Positions 47,360-56,944 of a stretch of 64,000 bases of DNA are shown here, piece by piece (the first letter of the stretch is position 1; the number at the start of each line of letters is the position of its first letter). A program made the translations under genes and the position numbers. Source of the DNA: Thermodesulfobacteriota bacterium (GTDB taxonomy: Bacteria > Desulfobacterota_D > UBA1144 > Nemesobacterales > Nemesobacteraceae); contig OY763921.1 of the NCBI GenBank assembly GCA_963667625.1, forward strand, positions 713,963-777,962, read 5' to 3'. The notes under the pieces were generated by a model that did not search any database, was not told where the DNA came from, and was given only the letters and a program-made list of their open reading frames with translations.

Positions 47360-48118
47360 GTGAACTTGATGAAAGACCTTCCCAAAGCCGTTTTCATAAC
47401 CGGTACCGACACGGGAGTGGGGAAAACCGCGGTCACCGCGGCGCTTGCGGCTCTTCTCTGGAAAAAAGGTCTTGTGACCGGAGTAATAAAGCCGTTTCAG
47501 ACTGGAACGGAACTTGAAGGCCTGAGCGACGCTGAATTCATCTACGCATTTCTGGGAAGAGACTGCGTGCTGTCCGAGGTTTCTCCCTGCCGCCTGGAAG
47601 CTCCCCTCTCTCCCTATCGCGCCGCCGCGATTGAAGGGGTTGATATCCCTCTTCGGGACATAATAGAACATACGCGGGATTATATATCCCGAAACGACGT
47701 AACCCTTATTGAAGGCGCAGGAGGTCTCTGCGTACCCGTTAGCGAGAGCTACATGATGGCTGACCTTGCCGTTGATCTTGATGCCCCGATGGTTATAGTC
47801 GCGCGTCCGGGGCTCGGCACCCTTAACCATACCGCCCTTTCGCTTGAGTATGCGAGGCAGAGGGGCGCACAGGTGCTCGGTGTAGTGATAAGCGGGTTTC
47901 CGGAACCCGCGGATGTGGCTTCAGCGACCAACCCGGCCGTCTTGAGGGATGTTTTCTCGGTGGACATACTCGGGGTGCTGCCCCTTTTGCCGGGGCTTGA
48001 TGTCGAAGGCGGCTCCTTTTCGGGACTCAAGGGTGTCGGGGAAAGCTGTTTTTCCCCGCTTTTCGGGGGGAAATTCTCAGCGGATGTTTTTTTAGAGAGG
48101 CTCTCGCGGAAAGCATGA
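47360..48118 (+). CDS. bioD: Dethiobiotin synthase
   Basis: TGTDTGVGKT, KPFQTG, EGAGG, LGTLNHT. Confidence 0.94.
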   Translation: MNLMKDLPKAVFITGTDTGVGKTAVTAALAALLWKKGLVTGVIKPFQTGTELEGLSDAEFIYAFLGRDCVLSEVSPCRLEAPLSPYRAAAIEGVDIPLRDIIEHTRDYISRNDVTLIEGAGGLCVPVSESYMMADLAVDLDAPMVIVARPGLGTLNHTALSLEYARQRGAQVLGVVISGFPEPADVASATNPAVLRDVFSVDILGVLPLLPGLDVEGGSFSGLKGVGESCFSPLFGGKFSADVFLERLSRKA

Positions 48119-48209
48119 CGGTGAGATGGCTTTTTTCGAGCTGTAACTAGTCGCCGGGGATTTTTCCTCTCTAAAGTTTCGCGGTTTTCCCGACGCGGTT
48201 TCTGAATTC

Positions 48210-48237
48210 TTGACAGATCAAAAGAACTTGTAATAAT
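48210..48237 (+). promoter_or_regulatory. Sigma70-like promoter of the act operon
   Basis: TTGACA-N16-AATAAT with TG extension. Confidence 0.5.
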
Positions 48238-48263
48238 ACTAGCCGATCGAATTTACTTCCTGA

Positions 48264-48896
48264 TTGAATAACCCGTTTTTCAGCAAGTTTAGGATGAAGA
48301 TAGAGAGAGACAGATTCCTGCGTATTGCTATAACCGTTTTATTTATCGCTGCGGGTTTTTATCTGTATGCGGAAACCGCCGAGAGCAGAGACAAAGGCCC
48401 TGCGCAGCCCGTTCTTTTCAGCCACAAGATACATGCGGGTGACAACCAGATACAATGCCAGACCTGCCACAGTTACACGGAGGTCTCTCCCCATCCCGGT
48501 ATTCCCTCGGTGCAGAAGTGCATGGGATGCCATTCCTATGTTGCCGGAAGGGACGTTGAGTACACAACCCAGGGAGGCCAGACGATCAACATAAGAGAAG
48601 AGATAAACAAGGTAAAGGGCTACTGGCGCAGACAGGAACCGATACCGTGGGTAAAGGTTACCGGAATGTATGGCACGAACTCCTCGGGAATGCCGGAGTT
48701 TGTGCATTTCAACCATAAAAGGCACATAAAGCGCGGATTTGAATGCAGCACCTGCCACGGAGAAGTCGAGAAAATGGATGTGGTGCACAAGGCAAAAGAC
48801 CTGACGATGGGGTTCTGCATATCGTGTCATGAAGAAAACGCCGACAACGAGGAGCACAAGACTGAACTCAAGGATTGTCTGACCTGCCATTACTAG
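48264..48896 (+). CDS. actA: Alternative complex III pentaheme cytochrome c ActA
   Basis: Five CxxCH motifs (CQTCH, CMGCH, CSTCH, CISCH, CLTCH), FSHKIH, FNHKRH. Confidence 0.9.
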   Translation: MNNPFFSKFRMKIERDRFLRIAITVLFIAAGFYLYAETAESRDKGPAQPVLFSHKIHAGDNQIQCQTCHSYTEVSPHPGIPSVQKCMGCHSYVAGRDVEYTTQGGQTINIREEINKVKGYWRRQEPIPWVKVTGMYGTNSSGMPEFVHFNHKRHIKRGFECSTCHGEVEKMDVVHKAKDLTMGFCISCHEENADNEEHKTELKDCLTCHY

Positions 48897-48910
48897 GCCG
48901 GAGGGGATAT

Positions 48911-51850
48911 ATGTCTGGGAAAGAAAATAAAGGAAAAAACGGCATGAAGAGAAGGGATTTTCTGAAAGTGCTCGGGGTAGCCGGCGGTACGGCAGCAGTT
49001 GCCGGAAGCTGTTCGGAGCCCGTGGAGCAGATAATCCCTTACGTTATTCCTCCTGAGAACGTCATTCCTGGGGTACCCAAGTTCTACGCGACGACCTGCA
49101 GGGAGTGCTCGTCGGGCTGCGGTCTCGTGGTGAAGAACCGCGAGGGACGCGCCATCAAGGTTGAAGGCAACCCCGAAAGCCCTATAAACAGCGGAAAGAC
49201 GTGCGCCATGGGACAGGCTTCCCTGCAGGGTCTTTACAATCCCGACAGGGTCCGTTCCCCGCTCAGATGCAACACTGAGACACAGAGACTCGAACCCATA
49301 GGCTGGGAGCGGGGTGAAGAAATACTCGCGGAAAAGTTAAATTCTCTCGGCTCGGGGAAGATCGTCTATTTGAGCAACAACGTTTCGGGAACTTACTCGA
49401 AGTTCGTGGCGGAATTCCTGAGACCTCTCGGAGGAAAGCATTACGTTTACGAGACTTTTTCCCACGAACCCATCAGAAAAGCGAATTCAATTGTTTTCGG
49501 AAGAGACGAAATCCCTTCCTACAGGATAGACAAAGCGGACTACCTTCTCTCATTCGGGGCCGATTATCTTGAAACGTGGCTCTCCACTGTTTCAAACTCC
49601 ATAGGATATTCAAAGCTAAGAGACATCGATCACGGGAAAACCGGCCAGGTCGTTCATATAGAACCGCGTTCCGGAATGACGGCTTCAAACGCCGATACGT
49701 GGGTCGCGGCGAAACCTGGCACGGAACAGTACCTCGCTCTCGGGATTGCCAACGTTATGATCTCGAAAGGTCTTAACAAGGTTGCCCCGGGGCCGATAGC
49801 CAGAATGGTTTCAGGTTACACGCCCGAAAAAGTTGCGGCGCTCACCGACGTATCCGCCGACACCATAAAGAAAATCGCCCGGGACTTCGCGGCCTCAAAA
49901 AGCCTGGCGATAGGAGGCGGAGCGGCCAACACGGGATCGAACGCCACCGAGACCATGGTTGCCGTAAACATATTGAACTACCTTGCCGGAAACATAGGCA
50001 AGACGGTTGATTTCTCAGATCCCCTTTCAATCTCGGATGCAAGCACCTTCGGCGACATGAAGAAACTGGTGGAGGAAATGAGGTCGGGCAAGGTGGAGAT
50101 TCTCATTGTCCATAACGTAAACCCGGTTTTCACGCTTCCGGGGGAACTCAACGTTGCCGAGGCACTCGAAAAAGTGCCGTTTGTCGTAAGCCTCTCTTCA
50201 TTCCTTGATGAGACTTCCGAGAAAGCGCATCTCGTGCTTCCCGAAAACACTTCTTTTGAGAGCTGGGGAGACTACAGCCCGAAAAAGAGTGTTACCGGGA
50301 TCACTCAGCCCGTCATGAGACCGGTTTTCAATACCAAATCCGCGGGCGATACGCTGATCTCCGTTTCAAAGAATGTAGAGGCGCTTAAAAACACGTTTAC
50401 AGAGAAAAAATACTACGACTATCTGAGAAGCGCCTGGAAGAAGAGGGCAGCGGTTCTCTCTCCGGGAACAAGCTTCGAGAAGTTCTGGGAAAAACTTCTC
50501 GTGAAAGGTTCGTTAACGACCACTCCTGCACCCGTCAATGTAGCTCTTTCTTCCAAAATAAGTTCCGTTTCTTTCCGCGACCCGCAGTTCCGCGGAGAAG
50601 GGGATTTCCACCTGATTGCTTACCCGTCCCACAGATTTCTTGACGGAAGGGGAGCGAACAAGCCGTGGCTTCAGGAACTTCCCGATGCTCTTACCACTTC
50701 GGTCTGGGATTCATGGCTTGAGGTAAATCCCGCGATCGCGGCGAAAATGGGTCTTGAAGACGGTTCCTACGTGAAGGTTGATACCCCAGGGGGAAGTTTC
50801 GAGGTACAGGTTTTCGTCTATGAGGGAATAAGGCCGGATACGATCGCCATTCCACTTGGACAGGGACACACTTCCTACGGAAGGTATGCGAAGGGAAGAG
50901 GGGTGAACCCCTTTGCCCTGCTGCCGGCGGCTACCGACGCGCTTTCAGGAGGACCCTCGCTGCTTTCAACCAAGGCGAACGTTTCATCGCTTAGAAAAAG
51001 AGACCTGCTTGTAAGGACACAGTACACAAAGAGCCAGGGAGACAGGCACGTTGCCAAGACCGTCGCCCTTGACCAGATTGGTCATCATAACGGCGCTCAT
51101 GGAGCGGACCACTCTAAGCACCCTGACTTCTACCCAGAAAAGGAATACTCCAAATACAGGTGGGGAATGGCCATAGACCTTAACAAGTGCACGGGATGCG
51201 GAGCCTGCGTGACCGCGTGTTCCGCGGAGAACAATATTCCCTTCGTAGGAAAGAAGCAGATCGCCAAGCGTCGCGAGATGAACTGGATCCGCATAGAGAG
51301 ATTCTTTGAGAAAAACAGCGACGGAAGCCTTGACGTAAGATTTCTGCCCATGCTCTGCCAGCAGTGCGGAAACGCCCCCTGCGAGCCCGTATGTCCTGTT
51401 TTCGCGACTTACCACAATCAGGAAGGGCTAAACGGCATGATATACAACCGCTGCGTGGGCACGAGGTACTGTGCGAACAACTGCACATACAAGGTAAGAA
51501 GGTTCAACTGGTATACCTATAAGTTCCCCGAGCCGCTTAACTGGCAGCTTAATCCCGATGTGACCGTAAGGTCCAAGGGTGTAATGGAGAAATGCACTTT
51601 CTGCGTTCAGAGAATAAATCACGGCAAGGATCTTGCCAAGGATGAAGGAAGGCTTCTTCGCGACAGAGAGGTTCTCACGGCCTGCGAGCAGGCTTGCCCG
51701 AGCGACGCGATAGTGTTCGGCAACCTGATTGACGACAAAAGCAGGGCGTCGGTGCTCTCTGAGGACGATAGGGGCTACAAGGTTTTGGAAGTGGTAAACA
51801 CTAAGCCCGCGATTACCTATCTTAAGAAAGTCAAACAGGAAAGAGTGTAA
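48911..51850 (+). CDS. actB: Alternative complex III ActB (molybdopterin-oxidoreductase-like plus Fe-S domain)
   Basis: Tat motif RRDFLK; CTGCGACVTAC, CQQCGNAPCEPVCP, CVGTRYCANNC, GVMEKCTFCVQR, CEQACP. Confidence 0.92.
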   Translation: MSGKENKGKNGMKRRDFLKVLGVAGGTAAVAGSCSEPVEQIIPYVIPPENVIPGVPKFYATTCRECSSGCGLVVKNREGRAIKVEGNPESPINSGKTCAMGQASLQGLYNPDRVRSPLRCNTETQRLEPIGWERGEEILAEKLNSLGSGKIVYLSNNVSGTYSKFVAEFLRPLGGKHYVYETFSHEPIRKANSIVFGRDEIPSYRIDKADYLLSFGADYLETWLSTVSNSIGYSKLRDIDHGKTGQVVHIEPRSGMTASNADTWVAAKPGTEQYLALGIANVMISKGLNKVAPGPIARMVSGYTPEKVAALTDVSADTIKKIARDFAASKSLAIGGGAANTGSNATETMVAVNILNYLAGNIGKTVDFSDPLSISDASTFGDMKKLVEEMRSGKVEILIVHNVNPVFTLPGELNVAEALEKVPFVVSLSSFLDETSEKAHLVLPENTSFESWGDYSPKKSVTGITQPVMRPVFNTKSAGDTLISVSKNVEALKNTFTEKKYYDYLRSAWKKRAAVLSPGTSFEKFWEKLLVKGSLTTTPAPVNVALSSKISSVSFRDPQFRGEGDFHLIAYPSHRFLDGRGANKPWLQELPDALTTSVWDSWLEVNPAIAAKMGLEDGSYVKVDTPGGSFEVQVFVYEGIRPDTIAIPLGQGHTSYGRYAKGRGVNPFALLPAATDALSGGPSLLSTKANVSSLRKRDLLVRTQYTKSQGDRHVAKTVALDQIGHHNGAHGADHSKHPDFYPEKEYSKYRWGMAIDLNKCTGCGACVTACSAENNIPFVGKKQIAKRREMNWIRIERFFEKNSDGSLDVRFLPMLCQQCGNAPCEPVCPVFATYHNQEGLNGMIYNRCVGTRYCANNCTYKVRRFNWYTYKFPEPLNWQLNPDVTVRSKGVMEKCTFCVQRINHGKDLAKDEGRLLRDREVLTACEQACPSDAIVFGNLIDDKSRASVLSEDDRGYKVLEVVNTKPAITYLKKVKQERV

Positions 51851-53181
51851 TGAGCCAGACGCAGCAGACACCTTTAACTTACGCGAGAATAACTGAAGAT
51901 GTAGTCAGGATGGTTGACAAGCCGTCCAAGAAGTGGTGGGCTCTTTTCCTTCCCACAGTGGCGCTCGTGGGACTCGGTGTCACGTGCTTTTTCTATCAGG
52001 TAGCTACGGGACTTGGAGTCGCCGGCTACCGTCACCCGGTTTTCTGGGGAGTCTACATAACCGATTTCGTTTTCTGGGTTGGAATAGCGCACTCCGGGAC
52101 CCTTATCTCGGCCATACTTTATCTTTTCCGCGCCAGGTTCAGGATGTCCATATACAGAATCGCCGAGGCCATGACGGTCTTCGCGGTTCTAACGGCAGGA
52201 CTTTTTCCCATAATTCACCTCGGAAGACCGTGGAACTTCCTGTGGCTAATCCCTTATCCCAATTCAAGGGAGCTGTGGATAAACTTCAAGTCGCCGCTTG
52301 TCTGGGACGTGTTTGCTGTAAGTACTTATCTTACCGTAAGCTCGGTGTTTTTCCTGGTCGGAATGATTCCCGATATCGCTGCGATAAGGGACAAGGTGAA
52401 GGAAACTCCGAGGAAGATCATATACTCGATTCTTTCCTTCGGATGGAAAGGGTCAAACAAGGAATGGCTTCACTACACAAGGGCCTATCTTTATTTCGCG
52501 GCCCTCGCCACGCCTCTTGTCCTCTCGGTTCACAGCGTCGTGTCCTGGGACTTCGCGATGGGTAACGTTCCCGGATGGCACACCACAATATTCCCGCCGT
52601 ACTTCGTTGCGGGAGCTATTTTCTCGGGACTTGCGATGGTTATCACGCTTACCGTACCGATAAGGAAGATTTTCCATCTCGAGGACTACATAACGCTTGA
52701 TAACTATGACGGCATGGCGAAGCTCATAATTTTTACTTCCTGCATAGTCGGCTACGCGTACGCGGCGGAATTCTTTATGGCATGGTACAGCGGAAGTCCT
52801 TATGAGTGGGGACAGTTCGTTTACAGGGCAACCGGAGAGTACGCGCCTTTCTACTGGACGATGGTGATATGCAACTGCTTCGTTCCCATAGTGCTCTGGT
52901 GGGAGAGCGTGAGAAAGAACATAAAGGCCCTTTTCGTCATATCCATACTGATAAACATAGGAATGTGGTTCGAGCGGTTCAATATCATCGTCATATCGCT
53001 TTCGAGAGATTTTGAGCCCGGCGCGTGGGGCATATACAAGATATCGTTTGTCGAGGCCGGCATAACGATCGGAAGTTTCGCATGGTTCTTCATGTTCTTC
53101 TTGCTGTTCGTGAAGACTCTTCCGGCAGTTTCCATAGCGGAGATGAAAGAAATACTTCCGGTGCCGAAGAAGGGAGGTTAG
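51850..53181 (+). CDS. actC: Alternative complex III ActC (NrfD family quinol-binding subunit)
   Basis: FVFWVGIAHSGTLISA, HLGRPW, SPLVWD, SVHSVVSWDF, PGWHTTIFPPYFVAGA. Confidence 0.93.
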   Translation: MSQTQQTPLTYARITEDVVRMVDKPSKKWWALFLPTVALVGLGVTCFFYQVATGLGVAGYRHPVFWGVYITDFVFWVGIAHSGTLISAILYLFRARFRMSIYRIAEAMTVFAVLTAGLFPIIHLGRPWNFLWLIPYPNSRELWINFKSPLVWDVFAVSTYLTVSSVFFLVGMIPDIAAIRDKVKETPRKIIYSILSFGWKGSNKEWLHYTRAYLYFAALATPLVLSVHSVVSWDFAMGNVPGWHTTIFPPYFVAGAIFSGLAMVITLTVPIRKIFHLEDYITLDNYDGMAKLIIFTSCIVGYAYAAEFFMAWYSGSPYEWGQFVYRATGEYAPFYWTMVICNCFVPIVLWWESVRKNIKALFVISILINIGMWFERFNIIVISLSRDFEPGAWGIYKISFVEAGITIGSFAWFFMFFLLFVKTLPAVSIAEMKEILPVPKKGG

Positions 53182-53187
53182 CAGGAA

Positions 53188-53694
53188 ATGGATCAGGGCG
53201 TAGTCGGAATTTACTCATATCAGGATTCGGTTCTTTCGGCCGTGGAGAAACTCAAGGAAGCGGGTTACCGCAACATGAGGGTTTTCTCCCCGTTTCCAGA
53301 CCACGAAATTGAGGCGGCGGTTGATCTGCCTGAGAGCCCGGTACGGTTTTTTACCCTCTTCGGCGGTCTGCTGGGAGCGACCTGCGGAGTCGGTTTTACG
53401 GTTCTTACTTCAAGTGCCTGGCCGATAGCGGTGAGCGCCAAACCTATAGTTTCGATACTTCCCTACATGGTCATCGTTTTTGAGCTTACGGTGCTTTTCG
53501 GTGCGCTTTCAACCTTTTTGGGGCTGATAATAAATTCCCTTATAAGGCAGAGAACCCCGGTGAGGCTTTATGACGAGCGTTTTTCGGATGACAAGTTCGG
53601 CGTCGCCGTTATATGCGAGAAGGAAAAAATAGGTGCGGTTGAAGCGATATTAAATTCTACGGGAGCTGAAGAAATCAAGTTTGATGAAGCATAG
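53188..53694 (+). CDS. actD: Alternative complex III ActD (DUF3341)
   Basis: FSPFP, FELTVLFGAL, RFSDDKF. Confidence 0.9.
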   Translation: MDQGVVGIYSYQDSVLSAVEKLKEAGYRNMRVFSPFPDHEIEAAVDLPESPVRFFTLFGGLLGATCGVGFTVLTSSAWPIAVSAKPIVSILPYMVIVFELTVLFGALSTFLGLIINSLIRQRTPVRLYDERFSDDKFGVAVICEKEKIGAVEAILNSTGAEEIKFDEA

Positions 53695-54265
53695 AAAGTT
53701 TTCTCGGACAGTTCCGGGGGGATCCCGGGTTCTCAATTTTTCTTTGAGACTGAAAGTGTGCGTGGCGGTTGTTTTTGCGGTCGCGCTTTCGCTTTCTTCC
53801 GCCCATTCGCTTCCCTGGTCTTGGGACATGTGGTCTCAGGACTCGATCAAGCCCTACGAAGAACCCGTGATTTTTCCTCGCAACTCGATTTCCACCGACG
53901 GCGAGAAAACAAAACTTGGGGACAGAAGCAAGGTCGAGCTTATAGAGAAGGCCCCGGTTACCCGAAGCGGCGAGTCGGTTGCCAGGGGAGAGAAGGTTTA
54001 CAAGGAGCAGTGCGCCGTGTGCCACGGTCCCGGGGGATTGGGAGACGGAATCATAATAAAGAAAGGACTAGGCTTTTACCCGGTCAACCTTACCACGCCG
54101 GCCGTAGCGCAGAGAACAGACGGTTACATCTATGCCTACATACGCTACGGGGGCAAGGTGATGATGCCTTCTTACAGTGAGAACATATCGGAACAGGACG
54201 CGTGGCACGTGGTCAATTACGTGAGAAAGCTTCAGAACCCGGGTTCTGTGAAGGAGAATCAATAG
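53681..54265 (+). CDS. actE: Alternative complex III monoheme cytochrome c ActE
   Basis: CAVCH, GKVMMPSY, WHVVNYVRKLQ. Confidence 0.88.
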   Translation: MMKHRKFSRTVPGGSRVLNFSLRLKVCVAVVFAVALSLSSAHSLPWSWDMWSQDSIKPYEEPVIFPRNSISTDGEKTKLGDRSKVELIEKAPVTRSGESVARGEKVYKEQCAVCHGPGGLGDGIIIKKGLGFYPVNLTTPAVAQRTDGYIYAYIRYGGKVMMPSYSENISEQDAWHVVNYVRKLQNPGSVKENQ

Positions 54266-54269
54266 CAAA

Positions 54270-55448
54270 ATGGATCAGTCCGTAAACCAGGAGATACTAG
54301 CGAAAAGAAACCAGATACCTAAATGGGTATTCATGGTTTTTGTCGCTCTTGCGATTGTGGGTGCCGGAGCTTTCGTGATTAACGCCAGGGGCGAGAAGGC
54401 CGAAGAGGTCTGGCAGCTTTTCTTGGTGAATTTTCTTTTCTGGACGGGAGTGGCCCAGGGCGGCCTTGTGTTCTCCTGCATACTGAGGATAACCAACGCC
54501 AGATGGGGCAGGGGGCTTCTTCGCATAAGCGAGGGGTTTGCGAGCTTTACCATAGTCTCCTTCGTGCTTCTGCTTGTTCTTTTCATCGGACAGGAATTTG
54601 TTCTTCCCTATGCGCATCATCACTACCACAGCCCCAAGGACATATGGCTTAACATGAATTTCGTGATGGCGAGAAACGTTATAGGTTTCGCAGGACTTTT
54701 AGTGCTTAATTATTTCTACCTGAAAACATCCATACGCCAGGACCTTGATGGCAGGGAAAACATTGTAAAGTTAAAGAAGCTTGCCCCTGCGGTAATCGGG
54801 GTCTACGTTCTTGTTTTCTCCCTTTTCGCCTGGGATTTCATGATGTCGCTTGATCCTCACTGGTTCAGCACGCTTTTCGGGCCCTACTATTTCATGGGAA
54901 GCCTGATAGCTGCCATAGGGGCGACTATAATACTTTCGGTTCCCATCAAGCGTTATCTGGGACTTGATGAGTATCTTTCTCTTCATCATTACTGGGATAT
55001 GGGAAAGATACTTCAGGGTTTTTCTCTTTTCTGGGTTTACCTCATGTTCTCCCAGCTTCTTACGATCTGGTACGCGAACATGCCTGAAGAGACCGGGTTT
55101 GTGATAAAAAGGGTGGTGGATGAGCCTTTCCGCTCGTTTGCCTGGGCTATTCTCACATGCTGCTTCATATTTCCTTTTGTCTCCCTGCTTCCCCGCACGC
55201 ACAAGATAGTTACCCCGATAGCTGTCTTTATCGCTACGGTTTCTTTCTCGGGACTCTGGATGGACAAGTTCCTGCTGATCATCCCCTCGCTTACAAGCGA
55301 GCTGGTTTTCAGCATCAATCACTTCCTGATCACCCTGGGTTTTCTTGCCGGATTCGTGGCGACATTTCTTATGTTTGTAAACAGGTTCCCGGTAATACCT
55401 TTCGGCGACCCGTACTTTGACGGAAAATCGAAGGGAGGAGGGCATTGA
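54270..55448 (+). CDS. actF: Alternative complex III ActF
   Basis: MSLDPHWFSTLFG, DMGK, FWVYLMFSQ...IWYANMPEE. Confidence 0.92.
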   Translation: MDQSVNQEILAKRNQIPKWVFMVFVALAIVGAGAFVINARGEKAEEVWQLFLVNFLFWTGVAQGGLVFSCILRITNARWGRGLLRISEGFASFTIVSFVLLLVLFIGQEFVLPYAHHHYHSPKDIWLNMNFVMARNVIGFAGLLVLNYFYLKTSIRQDLDGRENIVKLKKLAPAVIGVYVLVFSLFAWDFMMSLDPHWFSTLFGPYYFMGSLIAAIGATIILSVPIKRYLGLDEYLSLHHYWDMGKILQGFSLFWVYLMFSQLLTIWYANMPEETGFVIKRVVDEPFRSFAWAILTCCFIFPFVSLLPRTHKIVTPIAVFIATVSFSGLWMDKFLLIIPSLTSELVFSINHFLITLGFLAGFVATFLMFVNRFPVIPFGDPYFDGKSKGGGH

Positions 55449-55449
55449 G

Positions 55450-55599
55450 ATGAAGCTTACACCTGAGCAGCTTGACAAAATAGTTCTTCTTTTCACCGTG
55501 AAAGTTGCTATCGGCATCGCGGCTTTTATGGGCATAGTGGCTACCGTAGCGCTTTTCGGCACCAAGATAGCTCCATTGATGGGCAAACTTCCCTGGTAA
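55450..55599 (+). CDS. Small single-TM protein at the end of the act operon, 49 aa
   Basis: ATG 1 nt after the actF stop; hydrophobic core VLLFTVKVAIGIAAFMGIVATVALF. Confidence 0.65.
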   Translation: MKLTPEQLDKIVLLFTVKVAIGIAAFMGIVATVALFGTKIAPLMGKLPW

Positions 55600-55732
55600 C
55601 CCCGATCTCACTCCCGTTGTGCCTAAACTAGGCGCGATAGAACATCTATTGAGACGCCTCGGTCGAAACCAGATATAATTTCCGCGCGGGTTTTTCCCGT
55701 TTTTCTTAAATATATCTTCTAAGGAGTTTTCC

Positions 55733-56083
55733 ATGTCCAAAGACGCCGAAATCAAGCTGAGGGTAGTCCTAGGGGAGGACGATATTCCCGAGGAGCTTTT
55801 CTGGCAGGCTTCCCAGGCTCAGGAACCTGGGGAGAAGCGCTGCGAGGCGGCTTTTCTTTCCATGTGGGATGCCGAGAAAAAGGAATCCCTGGTAGTAGAT
55901 CTTTGGACCAAGAAAATGGAAGTGGGGGAAATGAACTACCATTTCTACTATACGATGATGAAAATGGCCGACACATATGAAAGAGCTACCTCCGAGAAGC
56001 AGATATCGAACAGAATGAGAGAATTCGCAGGCGAGTTCGCCCAGATGATTCAGGAGTCTTTGGGAAGCCAGAAAAATTCCTGA
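55733..56083 (+). CDS. gldC: GldC family protein
   Basis: PEELFWQA, FLSMWD...VDLWTKKMEVGEMN.HFY.TM..MADTYERAT. Confidence 0.75.
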   Translation: MSKDAEIKLRVVLGEDDIPEELFWQASQAQEPGEKRCEAAFLSMWDAEKKESLVVDLWTKKMEVGEMNYHFYYTMMKMADTYERATSEKQISNRMREFAGEFAQMIQESLGSQKNS

Positions 56084-56111
56084 CCAACCTCCCTAGCGCT
56101 TTGCAGGCTAA

Positions 56112-56139
56112 GGAAATGCCGGTTTTCTCCGACATTTCC
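56112..56139. terminator. Hairpin between convergent gldC and the merT-like gene
   Basis: GGAAATG-c-CGG-ttttct-CCG-a-CATTTCC; no clear U-tract. Confidence 0.45.
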
Positions 56140-56162
56140 CTAATCTCAAGACCCAAAAGAAA

Positions 56163-56558
56163 TCAGTAAAAAACTCTCGCGGCTATAAAAGCGAAGAAAA
56201 AGCCTACGAGCCATAGAAGCACGGATAGCAGATATATCCAGTTGCTTGTCTTTCGTAATCTGGCACATGCCATTGCCTGCGCCGGGTCAATCGGGCAGGG
56301 AGCGTTTCTTGACCTCCAAAGCGCGACTCCGGCGATTAGAAGCATTGCGCCGGAGATTCCGAACGTCCAGATCTTGTATTTTGACAACGCGATCAGCCAG
56401 GGTGCGGTTCCTACGATTCCCGCCAGAACCGCGCCGGCTCCGATCGTCACTAATAATGCGGGAAGGGCGCAGCACACAAGGGTTCCAGCGGACGTAAGCA
56501 GACTGAGCGAGGGGAGAAGCGTTTGCTTCACTCCATATCCGGGATTCGTGTTATCCAT
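56163..56558 (-). CDS. MerT/MerC-like inner-membrane metal transporter (start reassigned to 56558)
   Basis: TLVCCALP in TM1, loop CPIDPAQAMAC, three TM segments. Confidence 0.75.
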   Translation of the reverse strand: MDNTNPGYGVKQTLLPSLSLLTSAGTLVCCALPALLVTIGAGAVLAGIVGTAPWLIALSKYKIWTFGISGAMLLIAGVALWRSRNAPCPIDPAQAMACARLRKTSNWIYLLSVLLWLVGFFFAFIAARVFY

Positions 56559-56934
56559 GCTCGCACCCCCTCTGAATGGCATTCACGTTGTACCCGGAGT
56601 CCGTGATAAGCTTCGTAAGCGTTGCATCGTCAATGGTCAATCCGGGCTTCGTAGCTACAGCTACGAAGCCTTTGCCGAGATCAACCTTGATTCCCGCAAC
56701 ATCGCCGCGTTTCAGGAAGACTTTTTCCAGGGAACGAGCGCAGAAATCGCATACAAGCCCGCTGACCTTGATATTGATTGTGTCTTCACATGCGGCGTTT
56801 TCCATGTCGTTTGAAGCGGCGGAGGGCTCTACCACCTGACCTTCATGGTTATGTTCGTGTTCTCCATGTTGCGCATGGCTATGGAGCGCGAAAAAAAGTG
56901 TCATAAAAAGAATTGCGGTGATTGATATTTTCAT
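56551..56934 (-). CDS. Periplasmic HMA-domain (MerP/CopZ-like) chaperone with His-rich N-terminus
   Basis: Signal peptide, HSHAQHGEHEHNH, KVSGLVCDFC. Confidence 0.85.
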   Translation of the reverse strand: MKISITAILFMTLFFALHSHAQHGEHEHNHEGQVVEPSAASNDMENAACEDTINIKVSGLVCDFCARSLEKVFLKRGDVAGIKVDLGKGFVAVATKPGLTIDDATLTKLITDSGYNVNAIQRGCEHG

Positions 56935-56944
56935 AGTTTTCTCC

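Noticed and set aside
48210-48221. TTGAC-AG-ATCAA as an FNR box at the act promoter
   Set aside because: FNR needs TTGAT-N4-ATCAA; the spacer here is 2 nt.
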